From the NCBI GenBank assembly GCA_963662265.2, contig CAXXHA010000010.1, positions 311,518 through 375,517 of the forward strand: a stretch of 64,000 bases of DNA, read 5' to 3'. The DNA comes from Spirochaetia bacterium. GTDB lineage: Bacteria; Spirochaetota; Spirochaetia; CADAEX01. The translations under genes and the position numbers were made by a program. Below are positions 40,047-49,698 of the stretch, one piece after another (the stretch's first letter is position 1; every line of letters starts with the position of its first letter). The notes below the pieces were generated by a model. The model was not told the DNA's origin and did no database searches. It saw only the letters and a program-made list of their open reading frames with translations.

Positions 40047-40863
40047 TTGATCCCCCCACAGCATCTGCACATTTATTTATCAGGGTTATAATAACAACTG
40101 TTAAAACAAACAGGAAAATAGAAATTGAAGAAACCAGTTCCCACCTGCCAAGAGTCGTCCCATACTGCTGTACCAGTGTTGCAAGAACAACAGTCCGTGT
40201 ACCACCCAGAATATTCGGTGTTGTATATGCTGTTAATGTCGCAGTAAAAACCAGAACAAGACCTACAATAATTCCGCTTACCGAGTTTGGAATTATTATT
40301 GTAAAGAAAGTTTTAAACCGTGATGCACCCAGACTTATTGATGCCTCTTCAACCTCTTCAGGTATATTATCCATAACACCTATTAATGAGACAATCATTA
40401 AAGGGAGAAATATATATGTTGAACCGATAATAACAGCAATCCTTGAATACATGAAACTAATCGGTTCTATTAAAAACCCCAGAGTATTCAGCAGCCTGCT
40501 CAAAATACCGTCATACCCCAGAATAATCATCCATGAAATACTTCTAACTACCGCATTTGTCAGAAGAGGAAATAAAATCAGCAGTAAAAAAACTGTTTTC
40601 AATCTTCCCCGGGTTCTTGAAATAAAATATGCAGTAGGCAGTCCAATAATCAGGGTTGCAAGTACTACAGAAAATGAGATTAAAAAAGTATTTTTCAGAG
40701 CTTTATGAAAAGTTGAATCTCTGAAAAGTTCCAGATAATTGGCAATGCTGAAAGAACCGTCAACAGACAAAGATTTATAAGTGAGCATGATTAATGGTAC
40801 GAAAACCAGTACTGCTATTAAAAATAAACTGGGCAGAAATATAATTGCTTTTTCCTTATTCAT
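40033..40863 (-). CDS. ABC transporter permease (PotB-like)
   Basis: FPLLTNAVVR, EEASISLGAS, TPNILGG. Confidence 0.9.
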   Translation of the reverse strand: MNKEKAIIFLPSLFLIAVLVFVPLIMLTYKSLSVDGSFSIANYLELFRDSTFHKALKNTFLISFSVVLATLIIGLPTAYFISRTRGRLKTVFLLLILFPLLTNAVVRSISWMIILGYDGILSRLLNTLGFLIEPISFMYSRIAVIIGSTYIFLPLMIVSLIGVMDNIPEEVEEASISLGASRFKTFFTIIIPNSVSGIIVGLVLVFTATLTAYTTPNILGGTRTVVLATLVQQYGTTLGRWELVSSISIFLFVLTVVIITLINKCADAVGGSNEEK

Positions 40864-42181
40864 TCTCTGCTACCTTTTCCATCAATTCCCGGCTTTTAGC
40901 TTTTACCTTGTTATAGACATCTGTAAATTTTTTAATTACATCTTCCTCTTTTACATTTACCAGCCTGAAATCTTTTACAACTAAATTTCCATTTACAAAT
41001 ACATGTTCAATATTATTCGGCTGCATGGCATAAACAATAGCTGCATAGTAATCATATACAGGCAGCATATTAATTGTATTTGGATTGATTATTATCAAAT
41101 CGGCTTTTTTACCAGCTTCAATACTTCCGACCAGATGATCAATATTTAAAGCTTTAGCCCCGTTTATAGTAGCCATCTTAACAATATCTTTTGCAGGACA
41201 GATGCTTCTGTTCTGATATTTCACTTTCTGCATCTTTGGCGCGCAGTTCATAACACTCATCATATCCATATGGTTGCCGCTCATCGGCCCGTCTGTTGCA
41301 ATACTTACGTTTACACCATAATTCATGTAATCATAGACAGGAGCAATCTCTCTGCCGCTTTTACTGTTCCCTGCAGGACAGTGTGCAATAGAGGCATTAT
41401 GTTTTGCCAGGATCTTTAAATCTTCATCATCAACCAGTATTCCGTGAGCACCTACAAAGCGTTTGCCCAAAACACCTGTATTTTCCAGATACTTAACTAC
41501 TGAACCATGTTCTTTCAGGTAAGGCTTGGCTTCCCACACCTGTTCTGCCAGGTGAATCAGAAAGGGAACTTCATACTTATCAGAATACTCTTTACATTTT
41601 TTCAAGAGGGATTCAGAAGTCATGTATACGGAGTGGGGAGCAAGCGCTCCGTTTATCAATGGATTATCTTTATACTTACCAATAAAATTCTCAAACAGCT
41701 CAAATCCATGATCACTGTTTAATTGTTCTCCATTTTTCTCGTCAGTAATACCCTGACCGATAAATGACCTGATACCCAGTTCAATGGAAGCTTCCGCTGT
41801 TGAATTTATAAATGTATACATATCTGCATAACATGTAGTTCCGCTTAACAGCATTTCCGACAAACTCATCAGGGAGGAGCCGTAAACTATCCCGCTGTTT
41901 AAAAAAGAATTTTCAAGCGGAATCAGAAGCCTTGTAAGACGGTCTTTCATATCATCCCCCAGGCCTCTGAAAACTGTCATTGGAACATGGGTATGTGTAT
42001 TTATAAAACCGGGAAGCAGAAGCTTCCCGGTACCGTCAATTATAGAATCATAATTCCCTGATATCTCACCAGAAAAAATGCCTGATATCTCGTCATTTTC
42101 GATACAGACATTCGCATTCTCCAGGATATCAAGAGTATTATTCATTGTAATAACAGTAATATTCCTGATTAAAATTTTCAT
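40856..42181 (-). CDS. Metal-dependent amidohydrolase (MTA/SAH deaminase-like)
   Basis: PGFINTHTH, APHS, IHLAE, GAHG, ATDG, GSIEAGKKAD. Confidence 0.85.
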   Translation of the reverse strand: MKILIRNITVITMNNTLDILENANVCIENDEISGIFSGEISGNYDSIIDGTGKLLLPGFINTHTHVPMTVFRGLGDDMKDRLTRLLIPLENSFLNSGIVYGSSLMSLSEMLLSGTTCYADMYTFINSTAEASIELGIRSFIGQGITDEKNGEQLNSDHGFELFENFIGKYKDNPLINGALAPHSVYMTSESLLKKCKEYSDKYEVPFLIHLAEQVWEAKPYLKEHGSVVKYLENTGVLGKRFVGAHGILVDDEDLKILAKHNASIAHCPAGNSKSGREIAPVYDYMNYGVNVSIATDGPMSGNHMDMMSVMNCAPKMQKVKYQNRSICPAKDIVKMATINGAKALNIDHLVGSIEAGKKADLIIINPNTINMLPVYDYYAAIVYAMQPNNIEHVFVNGNLVVKDFRLVNVKEEDVIKKFTDVYNKVKAKSRELMEKVAENE

Positions 42182-43182
42182 TATTCTGTAAATAACTCAT
42201 TCCACTTGGCAACCCAGGCAGCCCTGTTTTCATTTACTAAATCTATATCTGTAATAACAGCGTTAGGAAATGAGGAAAGGTTGGTCTTTGAGTTTTCCTG
42301 GCCAGCTTCAAAAGCAACATTCATATTTACAGGCGAATCAATATTCCGATCCAGTGACTCGTTCTGCACTTCTTCAGAAAGAAGGAAATCAACAAACTTC
42401 ATTGCAAGGTCCTTGTTTTTAGTACCTTTAACAATGTTTACAGTATTTCCGTTTAATAATACTTTATCCAGGTCTCCCCATTTTAAATCAGGAGTATATC
42501 CGAAATCTGCCAGTAAAGCGTAATCATACTCGCCGTTTACAACAGCTTTTCTTGTGCTGAATGTACTTACATAGGCATCAACATTTCCGTTCTTTACCCA
42601 TTTTTCAATTCTAGCAATATTTGCTGAAGCATTTCCGGAAACATCACCGGCACCATATAACACCATTGGTCCGAATGTAGATGTCATGTGGGGAATTGCT
42701 ACTTTGCTGCCTGTATCTGCAAAGATTTCTTCCCAGGTTTCAGGAAGGTTGTCAGATTTTCCGGCAACTCTTAATCTGTTTACTGTGTAGCACATTCCGT
42801 AATCTTTGCCGTTAGGATTTTTAGCAAGTTCAAACAGATTTTTCATGTTTTTGATTTTTGATTTGTCCATCTTTTCAAAAAGGCCGTCTTTGACAGCTTT
42901 CTGAGCAGTTGCCTGTGTTGCAAGAAATACATCGATTTCTGTAATATCAATCTCATTCGCCAGCTTTGTATATCGGTCGCCGTCTCTTCCCAAATCCAGT
43001 TCAATAGTACAATTGTTTGCTTCTTCGAATGGTTTGAACAGGAACTCCTGTAATGCCTCAATATCATAGTCCCATGTAGAAACTACCAGAACTTTCGGTT
43101 CGTCTGCTTTTTCGCCTGTTCCGCCTGCAAAAACAGGTAAAACCATAGCAACAAGTAATAATGTAATAAAAATCTTTTTCAT
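42181..43182 (-). CDS. ABC transporter substrate-binding protein (PotD/thiamine-like class)
   Basis: FAGG signal peptide, STW, FEEANN, VKGTKN.DLA.KFVDFLLSEEVQ; first gene of the operon, AAGGAG RBS. Confidence 0.85.
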   Translation of the reverse strand: MKKIFITLLLVAMVLPVFAGGTGEKADEPKVLVVSTWDYDIEALQEFLFKPFEEANNCTIELDLGRDGDRYTKLANEIDITEIDVFLATQATAQKAVKDGLFEKMDKSKIKNMKNLFELAKNPNGKDYGMCYTVNRLRVAGKSDNLPETWEEIFADTGSKVAIPHMTSTFGPMVLYGAGDVSGNASANIARIEKWVKNGNVDAYVSTFSTRKAVVNGEYDYALLADFGYTPDLKWGDLDKVLLNGNTVNIVKGTKNKDLAMKFVDFLLSEEVQNESLDRNIDSPVNMNVAFEAGQENSKTNLSSFPNAVITDIDLVNENRAAWVAKWNELFTE

Positions 43183-43495
43183 TTGTTCTCCTTTTCTCTC
43201 TTAATGCGAAACTAATTTTGCAAATTAGTTATTCTTATCCAGATTAATTATATATTGCCGGATAATCAAATACAATGAGCACGAGTTGAATTATTCATAA
43301 CATTAAATTCCACCCTCTTGAAGAGACAAAAAACTGCCAAAAAGATTTAAAGGATGACACCATCATAGCAAGAGATTATAATTAGATAGAAAACAAACAT
43401 TGTTAGTGGATAAATAATAGAGAGAGGTCAATCTAAGTAAAAATCAAATATGAATTCAATAACCATATTTGTTTTTATTTTAAAAGGAGTATTTC

Positions 43496-44296
43496 ATGAA
43501 AAAAGTCTTTTTAATAGTTATTATATCCATTCTATTCACTGGATGTGAAATGGATGATAGCGGGGGTGCTGTTCTTGAAACAGAAATCGCAGACGAAATA
43601 ATAAAAGCAACAGCTTCATCTGGAATTGATGTAGAAGAATTCAATATTAGTTCAGCCGATATATTTGCTTTTTCCTATGATTTCGGTTCATCAAAATGGA
43701 AAACTAGTGCTTCAAGCACCGGAAATACACAGGATAATGATAACAAAGCCCTGCTCCTTGTTGATGATCTCAGGTTTTCAAAAAATAAAGTTCAAATAAA
43801 TGATTTAGATGACAACAATATTCCGGGGACAATAGACGTTCTTTATTTTGATAATGTGGGCCATTCCATCAAAGTAGGCGGTATATGGTATGGGGATTTA
43901 AACTGTAATATTTCAAATATTAATGTTTGTACAAATATATATGTTGATTCCGCTAATAATGAATTAACCTTCCACTTTTTTGATGTTGTTTTTATTAACA
44001 GGAATATTCTAAACAGAAAGATACTGTTTGACAGTATGAATAATACATATACAGCAGAAGATGGAAATTCAGTTTCTGACATGGAAAAAGCAGTTATAAC
44101 AAGAGTATCAGAACAGGTTAGAAGAGTAGAAGAGAAAGCAATCTTTTTGCCTTTCGACCCGATAAACAATATAAAAGATGGAACAATCAAGGTCAGTGTA
44201 AAAATGGCAGACATGGTTGACAGAATTGAGGGCAGTAAAATTTACTGGAAAAATACTAACGGGATGCCACTTGATTATGATATTGCATCAGAATGA
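43496..44296 (+). CDS. Hypothetical lipoprotein
   Basis: AAGGAG RBS, MKK start, hydrophobic stretch and FTGC lipobox; AT-rich. Confidence 0.7.
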   Translation: MKKVFLIVIISILFTGCEMDDSGGAVLETEIADEIIKATASSGIDVEEFNISSADIFAFSYDFGSSKWKTSASSTGNTQDNDNKALLLVDDLRFSKNKVQINDLDDNNIPGTIDVLYFDNVGHSIKVGGIWYGDLNCNISNINVCTNIYVDSANNELTFHFFDVVFINRNILNRKILFDSMNNTYTAEDGNSVSDMEKAVITRVSEQVRRVEEKAIFLPFDPINNIKDGTIKVSVKMADMVDRIEGSKIYWKNTNGMPLDYDIASE

Positions 44297-44353
44297 ATAA
44301 TAAATATTTTCAGCAATATTAAAAAAAGCCCCTCTAATGAGGAGCTTTTTTCA

Positions 44354-44437
44354 TGCTCGGAAGAGGACTCGAACCTCCATGGGGCAACCCCCACTAGAAC
44401 CTGAATCTAGCGTGTCTACCAGTTTCACCATCCGAGC
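44354..44437 (-). tRNA. tRNA-Leu(CAG)
   Basis: GCTCGGA acceptor, anticodon arm CTAGA-TTCAGGT-TCTAG, long variable arm, GGTTCGAGTCC. Confidence 0.95.
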
Positions 44438-44448
44438 TGGTAATTAAG

Positions 44449-44477
44449 ACTATAAATCAACTGACAAGGGGTGTCAA
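44449..44477 (-). promoter_or_regulatory. Sigma70 promoter of tRNA-Leu
   Basis: TTGACA-17 bp-TATAGT. Confidence 0.7.
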
Positions 44478-44755
44478 TAACCCTTATAAAACATTTAAAT
44501 ATTGATAATTATGCAAAACAGCAACAGTCCGCCCGCAATAATTTCAACATATTTGGGATACCTGTAGTTTTATTGAGAACTGCATCAATATAAAAAAGAC
44601 TGATTTATAGCATTGTCGGCATCAGCCTAAAAACAGGCATGATTCTGTTTTAATAAACTCATTAATACAAACTATTCATACCTCTTTTGTCTTAAAAGAT
44701 TGCTAATTATATGATAAATTGTTAATTTGTAATAATAATTCCAAGGTGGGTTAAA

Positions 44756-45568
44756 TTGGGGCTTAAAGTATTATTTGTAGGCGAAATTGTAGGAAAAGCA
44801 GGGCTTTACTGTATTAAGAAACTGCTGACTGAAATAAAAAAAGAAAATGATATAGATTTTGTAATTGCAAACGGTGAGGGGACTACCGGGGGATTCGGCA
44901 TAGGGAAAAACCATTCAGTATACCTCCGGAAACTCGGCATTGATGTGATAACAACAGGGGAAAAAACATTCTTTAAAAAGGATATGGTTGATCATATACA
45001 GCTTGCCCCTTATATACTGAGGCCTGCAAATTTCCCCTACGGAGTACCCGGCAGGGGCTGGAAAGTATACCAGACAGAGAAAGGGAAAATCGGGGTTATT
45101 TCTCTTCTGGGCAACTCTGGGTTCTACAGGATCCATTTAAGCAACCCTTTTTCATACCTTCCGGAACTTGTAAACAAGCTGAAAAAAGAAACAGACATAA
45201 TAATTCTTGATTTTCATGCTGCGACAACAGCGGAAAAGAAAACAATGTTTTATCATGCTGACGGAAAACTCAGCGCAGTAATAGGAACCCACAACAAGGT
45301 TATGACAGCTGATGAGAAAGTGCTGCCGGGAGGTACAGCTGTTATATGTGATTCAGGAAGGACTGGAAGTATTAATTCTGTCGGAGGTCTTGATCCTGAA
45401 GTTGAAATCAGAAAATTCCTGACCCAGGTTCCGGAAAGATCGAAAGACTACTGGGAAAACCTGGAACTCCAGGGTGTAATCCTTGATATAGACCCGGAAA
45501 CAGGAAAAGCGGAATCAATAACAAGAATAACTAAATCATGCGAAGCGGAGAATAGTGACAATGTATGA
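44756..45568 (+). CDS. ymdB: YmdB-family metallophosphoesterase
   Basis: LFVGEIVGK.G, IANGE, LRPANFP...PGRG, DFHAATTAEK, GTH; several metal ligands appear substituted. Confidence 0.85.
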   Translation: MGLKVLFVGEIVGKAGLYCIKKLLTEIKKENDIDFVIANGEGTTGGFGIGKNHSVYLRKLGIDVITTGEKTFFKKDMVDHIQLAPYILRPANFPYGVPGRGWKVYQTEKGKIGVISLLGNSGFYRIHLSNPFSYLPELVNKLKKETDIIILDFHAATTAEKKTMFYHADGKLSAVIGTHNKVMTADEKVLPGGTAVICDSGRTGSINSVGGLDPEVEIRKFLTQVPERSKDYWENLELQGVILDIDPETGKAESITRITKSCEAENSDNV

Positions 45569-45962
45569 AGCAGGCAAGGTAATAAAAATAAACAACAAGG
45601 TCGTATCTGTAAAATGCGAGAAATCTGAACAGTGCAAATCATGCTCATCAACATTCTGTAATGTGAAAGACAGAAGATTTAAGGCTTTAAACAGTAAAAA
45701 TATAGAGCTTCAGATAGATGATACAGTGGAAGTATTTATTTCACCCGGAAAAACTATTTTTTCCAGTTTTGTAGTTCTGATTTTTCCATTAATCATGTTT
45801 ATTCTGGGATATTTCCTGAGCGGCAAGATATTTAATTTTCAGACAGATGCACTTAAAGCGGCAGGAGGGGCGGCTGGTCTTTTCATCGGTTTTATCCTGA
45901 GTTTTCTTTTCAACATGCTGAAAAAGAACCAGAATCTGCCGGTAATAACACGGAAACTTTAA
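45555..45962 (+). CDS. RseC/MucC family membrane protein
   Basis: E.GKV..., C..C....C cluster, two C-terminal TM helices. Confidence 0.8.
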   Translation: MTMYEAGKVIKINNKVVSVKCEKSEQCKSCSSTFCNVKDRRFKALNSKNIELQIDDTVEVFISPGKTIFSSFVVLIFPLIMFILGYFLSGKIFNFQTDALKAAGGAAGLFIGFILSFLFNMLKKNQNLPVITRKL

Positions 45963-46236
45963 ACAGCCTTCCCAATTCAATAATTTACAAACAAATATAA
46001 ATTATTGATTCATGAAAAATACAGAATATTTACTTTCTGGTATTAAGTTTCCAGAAGTACGAGAAATAAAAAAAGCAGGGTCCCGGAAAAGGATTGCCTG
46101 CTTTTTTTCTGAAATCAATTGTTTTAGACTTCAGCTGTAAATATAGTTATTAAAAATTTAAACTTCCATAATGTCTGCAATTGAAACAGTATGCTTTTTT
46201 CATACTGAATTAACAAATTCAGCCAGACAGATTGTG

Positions 46237-46617
46237 CTAGAATTCCACTTCAAACTGCCCTGTTTTAAGCATGATAAGTGTGCAGGCCTCAATATAACTA
46301 ATCCCTGCTTCCTTGAGCGCTTTTTTAAGCTCATCAGATTCTGTTCCCGGGTTTAGTATAACCCTGCCCGGTTTCAGATTCAGGATTTCAGGAATCATCG
46401 CCCCAATCCTCTTTGGCCCCACATAGAGTGTGAGAGTTCCAACTTCATCCTTGATCTCTGAGAGAGAATTAAAAACTTTAAATCCCTCAATCACATCAAG
46501 TGTCGGATGAACAGGTAAAGGTTCATATCCGTGTTTATCAAGCAGTTTAAGCGCTTTATAGGAATATCTTTCCTCATTGTTGCTTGCGCCGAGTACTACG
46601 ACTTTCTTGTTGTCCAT
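46237..46617 (-). CDS. CoA-binding protein (YccU-like)
   Basis: VVLGASNNEERYS, PVHP, ILNPG.E, ACTL. Confidence 0.85.
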   Translation of the reverse strand: MDNKKVVVLGASNNEERYSYKALKLLDKHGYEPLPVHPTLDVIEGFKVFNSLSEIKDEVGTLTLYVGPKRIGAMIPEILNLKPGRVILNPGTESDELKKALKEAGISYIEACTLIMLKTGQFEVEF

Positions 46618-46620
46618 TGT

Positions 46621-46947
46621 TTATTCTCCGAGGTTTTTCTTCAAAAATTCTTTAACCTGATCCTTGGGAAGAGATCCGTTAAAACTGTCCAGAACTTCGC
46701 CGTCTTTGAAAAGAAGAACAGCAGGTATACTCATAACCTTATATTTTGCGGCAACTTCCGCATCATTATCAACATCAATCTTGTAACAGTTTACTTTTCC
46801 CGCATATTCCTCTGAAATTGCATCAAGAACCGGGCTGAACATTTTACAGGGCATACACCAGTTTGCAAAGAAATCTACAAGTGCTGTTTCTCCGCTATTC
46901 AATATTTTTTCTTCAAATGATTTCTGATCCAGTACACTAGCACCCAC
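46621..46947 (-). CDS. trxA: Thioredoxin
   Basis: VDFFANWCMPCK, KIDVD, MSIP, FKDG. Confidence 0.88.
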   Translation of the reverse strand: MGASVLDQKSFEEKILNSGETALVDFFANWCMPCKMFSPVLDAISEEYAGKVNCYKIDVDNDAEVAAKYKVMSIPAVLLFKDGEVLDSFNGSLPKDQVKEFLKKNLGE

Positions 46948-47071
46948 ATTAAGCTCCTTTATATGATTTTCACTATGTTTAGTTTAATAATTTTTAAGAG
47001 AGGAGTCAATTTTATTAAATCTTTTTTCCTTATTATTGCTTTACTGCTTTCCTTCATGTTATTATCAGACC

Positions 47072-47524
47072 ATGTTTAATACGAATTTTATTATGCACCT
47101 ATTTCAGAAAGATTTTATACTTAAACTGTTGTTACTGGCTTTATTATATTCAATAGTCCCTCTGTCAGAAACATTCCTACTCTTTCATTTCGGCGGAATT
47201 TTCGGGAACTATCTTGTTCTTGCAGCTGCAGCAACAACAGGCCTTCTGGGAGTATTGATTGCTTTCAATGAAATAAGCTCAATAATAAAGTCACTTAAAA
47301 TAAAAATAAAAGAAGGTACTTATCCCGGAAAGGAATTTATCAGCCTCACCGGTGTTCTTACAGGCGGCCTTCTTCTTCTCACACCAGGATTTATAACAGA
47401 TTCACTGGGTTTTCTTCTCTTTTTTCCGGTTTTCCGAAACGGCGTCGGCAGGATGATTACTTCAAAAATGGAAAACCGTCTCAAGGAAATCTATGAATAC
47501 CTCAAGCTCTATGACCTTGAATAG
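47072..47524 (+). CDS. fxsA: FxsA family membrane protein
   Basis: VPLSE, TGLLG, GGLLLLTPGFITDSLG. Confidence 0.85.
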   Translation: MFNTNFIMHLFQKDFILKLLLLALLYSIVPLSETFLLFHFGGIFGNYLVLAAAATTGLLGVLIAFNEISSIIKSLKIKIKEGTYPGKEFISLTGVLTGGLLLLTPGFITDSLGFLLFFPVFRNGVGRMITSKMENRLKEIYEYLKLYDLE

Positions 47525-47698
47525 AGCCTGAAACTTATTTAGAAACATTTAAAACTTACAGCAGAACCGACTCACCCTGTGCAGATTTTATTCTTTTTTA
47601 ATTAATAATAATTCAATATATAAGCTTTTATATAAATAAAAAAAGCAGTAAATCTCTTTGAATTACTGCTCATATAATATCAGGCTTAGAAAACTCAA

Positions 47699-48457
47699 TT
47701 ACAGTTTTCTGAGTTTATAGACAAGAATCAGGAGATAGTACCAGAGATAGACAAAAACATTGAAAATTCTTAAAGGATTTTTGAATATTTTTCCAAGTTT
47801 TTCACTGAACCGTGCACCTGATGTTTTTGCAGGCCTGTTTCTTTTTCCCGCAAAAATATCAAAGCTGTTTCCTATCCAGATCGATATCCCCGGGTTGAAA
47901 AAAGATTTATTTCTTGTCAGCCAGTACCTGCCTCCGGGAAGGCCGGAACCTGCCAGTAAAAGGGCAGGGGATGATTTTTTAATTGCAGTAATAATGTTTT
48001 TTTCCATTTCTTTCGGAAAATAGCCTGTACACCGGCCTACAATATTCATCCCGGGATATGATGTTCTGATATTTGATTCTGTTACCTGGAGAACACCTCG
48101 TCTTCCCCCGGCAAGGTATACAGTTTTACCTTTTCTTTCAATTATTCCCAGAAGTTTCAACACAAAATCGAAGGGGAAATACAGTTCGGGAATATGCTCC
48201 CTCTTAAGCATTTCAGCACCCTTGCGGAGCGAGTCGGAAATCGGAAGAACAAGTGCAGCTGATTCCAGGTTATTTCTTAATTCTGTATTAAACCTTGCTT
48301 TAAGAAGATCTTTAAGAGAAACAAGCATTATGTGATGGGTTTTGCCATCTGCAAGAAGCATTTCAACAATCTTTTCCACTTCATCACCAGTAACAGCATC
48401 AACCGGTATTTTTAAAAGGTTTATTCTTTTTCTGCTGCTTATCAGACTGTCTTCCAT
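47699..48457 (-). CDS. WecB/TagA/CpsF family glycosyltransferase
   Basis: RINLL.IPVD, VYLAGG, YPGMNIVG..GYF, G.SFDIFAGKR.R. Confidence 0.8.
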   Translation of the reverse strand: MEDSLISSRKRINLLKIPVDAVTGDEVEKIVEMLLADGKTHHIMLVSLKDLLKARFNTELRNNLESAALVLPISDSLRKGAEMLKREHIPELYFPFDFVLKLLGIIERKGKTVYLAGGRRGVLQVTESNIRTSYPGMNIVGRCTGYFPKEMEKNIITAIKKSSPALLLAGSGLPGGRYWLTRNKSFFNPGISIWIGNSFDIFAGKRNRPAKTSGARFSEKLGKIFKNPLRIFNVFVYLWYYLLILVYKLRKL

Positions 48458-49284
48458 GAATCCCTCTCCAGAATTATTGTTTTTACCGCTGCAGCAGCAT
48501 ATAAGGCTGCTGTTTCTGTCCTTAAAACATTTTCGCCGAGAAAAACCGGTTTAAAATTCTTTTCTTTTAAACAAGCAATCTCTTTATCAGAGAGCCCCCC
48601 TTCCGGTCCAATTATCAGTTTTATTTTTAAAGGAACTGTAAAAAGATACTGGTGGAGAGAAATATTTTCAATAGACTTTTGGTGAAAAAAAAGGCCAATT
48701 TCATTTTTTTCATCAATTTCAAGCGATGTAAGGGAAACAGGTTCTCTAACTTCCGGAAGTGTTTTGGAACCAGACTGCTGAAAAGCCTCCCGCACTATTT
48801 TCATGAACCTTTCATGTTTTCCCTTCCAGCTCTTACTGTCATATTTAACAATTGAAAACTCGCTCATCAGAGGCTGAATTACAGAAACACCAGCCTCTGT
48901 TGCCTGCCTCACAATGAGATCCATCTTTTTCCCCTTGGGAAGGCACTGGCAGAGAATAATTTCAGGTTCACATATATTATTTTCAGATACAAAGCTGTCG
49001 GATTCTCCGGTTTCCATGGTTTCATTATCTTTTTTCTTTCCGGAAGTATCAGCTTCAGCTGAAATATTGTTTTTTCCCTTTCCAGCTCTTTCAAGTTCAA
49101 GTATGACTTTTTTACCGTCTGATCCCTTGAAAACAGCTGTCCAGTAAACTCCATTTATATCCACAGCATTGAAAATATCGCTTTCCCTGTACCTGAGAAC
49201 ATTTTTCAGATAATGGCTGTCATTTTTTCCAAGAACAAAGCATTTTTCGCCATTGAAATCATCGGGAAGAAGAAACTGTTTCAT
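48442..49284 (-). CDS. rsmE: 16S rRNA m3U1498 methyltransferase
   Basis: HYLKNVLR, ATEAGV, EAFQQS, IIGPEGGLS, LGENVLRTETA. Confidence 0.93.
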   Translation of the reverse strand: MKQFLLPDDFNGEKCFVLGKNDSHYLKNVLRYRESDIFNAVDINGVYWTAVFKGSDGKKVILELERAGKGKNNISAEADTSGKKKDNETMETGESDSFVSENNICEPEIILCQCLPKGKKMDLIVRQATEAGVSVIQPLMSEFSIVKYDSKSWKGKHERFMKIVREAFQQSGSKTLPEVREPVSLTSLEIDEKNEIGLFFHQKSIENISLHQYLFTVPLKIKLIIGPEGGLSDKEIACLKEKNFKPVFLGENVLRTETAALYAAAAVKTIILERDSWKTV

Positions 49285-49290
49285 AGAAAA

Positions 49291-49698
49291 CTATTCCCGG
49301 GAAGGCATAAGGGAAATTACTGCAGATCTGTTTCTGGGGCCGTCATATTCGCAGAAATATATCCCCTGCCATGTGCCAAGCAGCAGCTTGCCGTCCATAA
49401 CAGGAATACTCAGGCTGCTTCCGGTAAGAAGTGTTTTTATATGGGCTGCGGAATTTCCCTCAAGATGATGATAATTCTCGTTCCAGGGAACAAGGGAGTT
49501 AAGCTTATAGAGAATATCCCTGACAACATCGGGATCAGCAGCCTCATTTACTGTTACACCTGCAGTGGTATGGGGTATATAAATATTGCACATCCCGTTT
49601 TCAAACTGTTCCGATACAATAATTTTTTTCACCCTGATTGTAATATTAATAAAATCATCTTTTCTATCTGTTTTAACAGAAATTTTATTAACTGTCAT
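49291..49698 (-). CDS. yjbQ: YjbQ family protein
   Basis: PHTTAG.TVNE.ADPDV, H.EGNSAAHIK, LGTWQGIYFCEYDG. Confidence 0.9.
   Translation of the reverse strand: MTVNKISVKTDRKDDFINITIRVKKIIVSEQFENGMCNIYIPHTTAGVTVNEAADPDVVRDILYKLNSLVPWNENYHHLEGNSAAHIKTLLTGSSLSIPVMDGKLLLGTWQGIYFCEYDGPRNRSAVISLMPSRE

Noticed and set aside
43235-43266. TTATCC/GGATAA hairpin upstream of the ABC-deaminase operon as a SAM or purine riboswitch
   Set aside because: A single hairpin with no aptamer core or expression platform.
37234-44354. Prophage or ICE integrated at tRNA-Leu
   Set aside because: No integrase, phage genes or duplicated tRNA 3' end were found.
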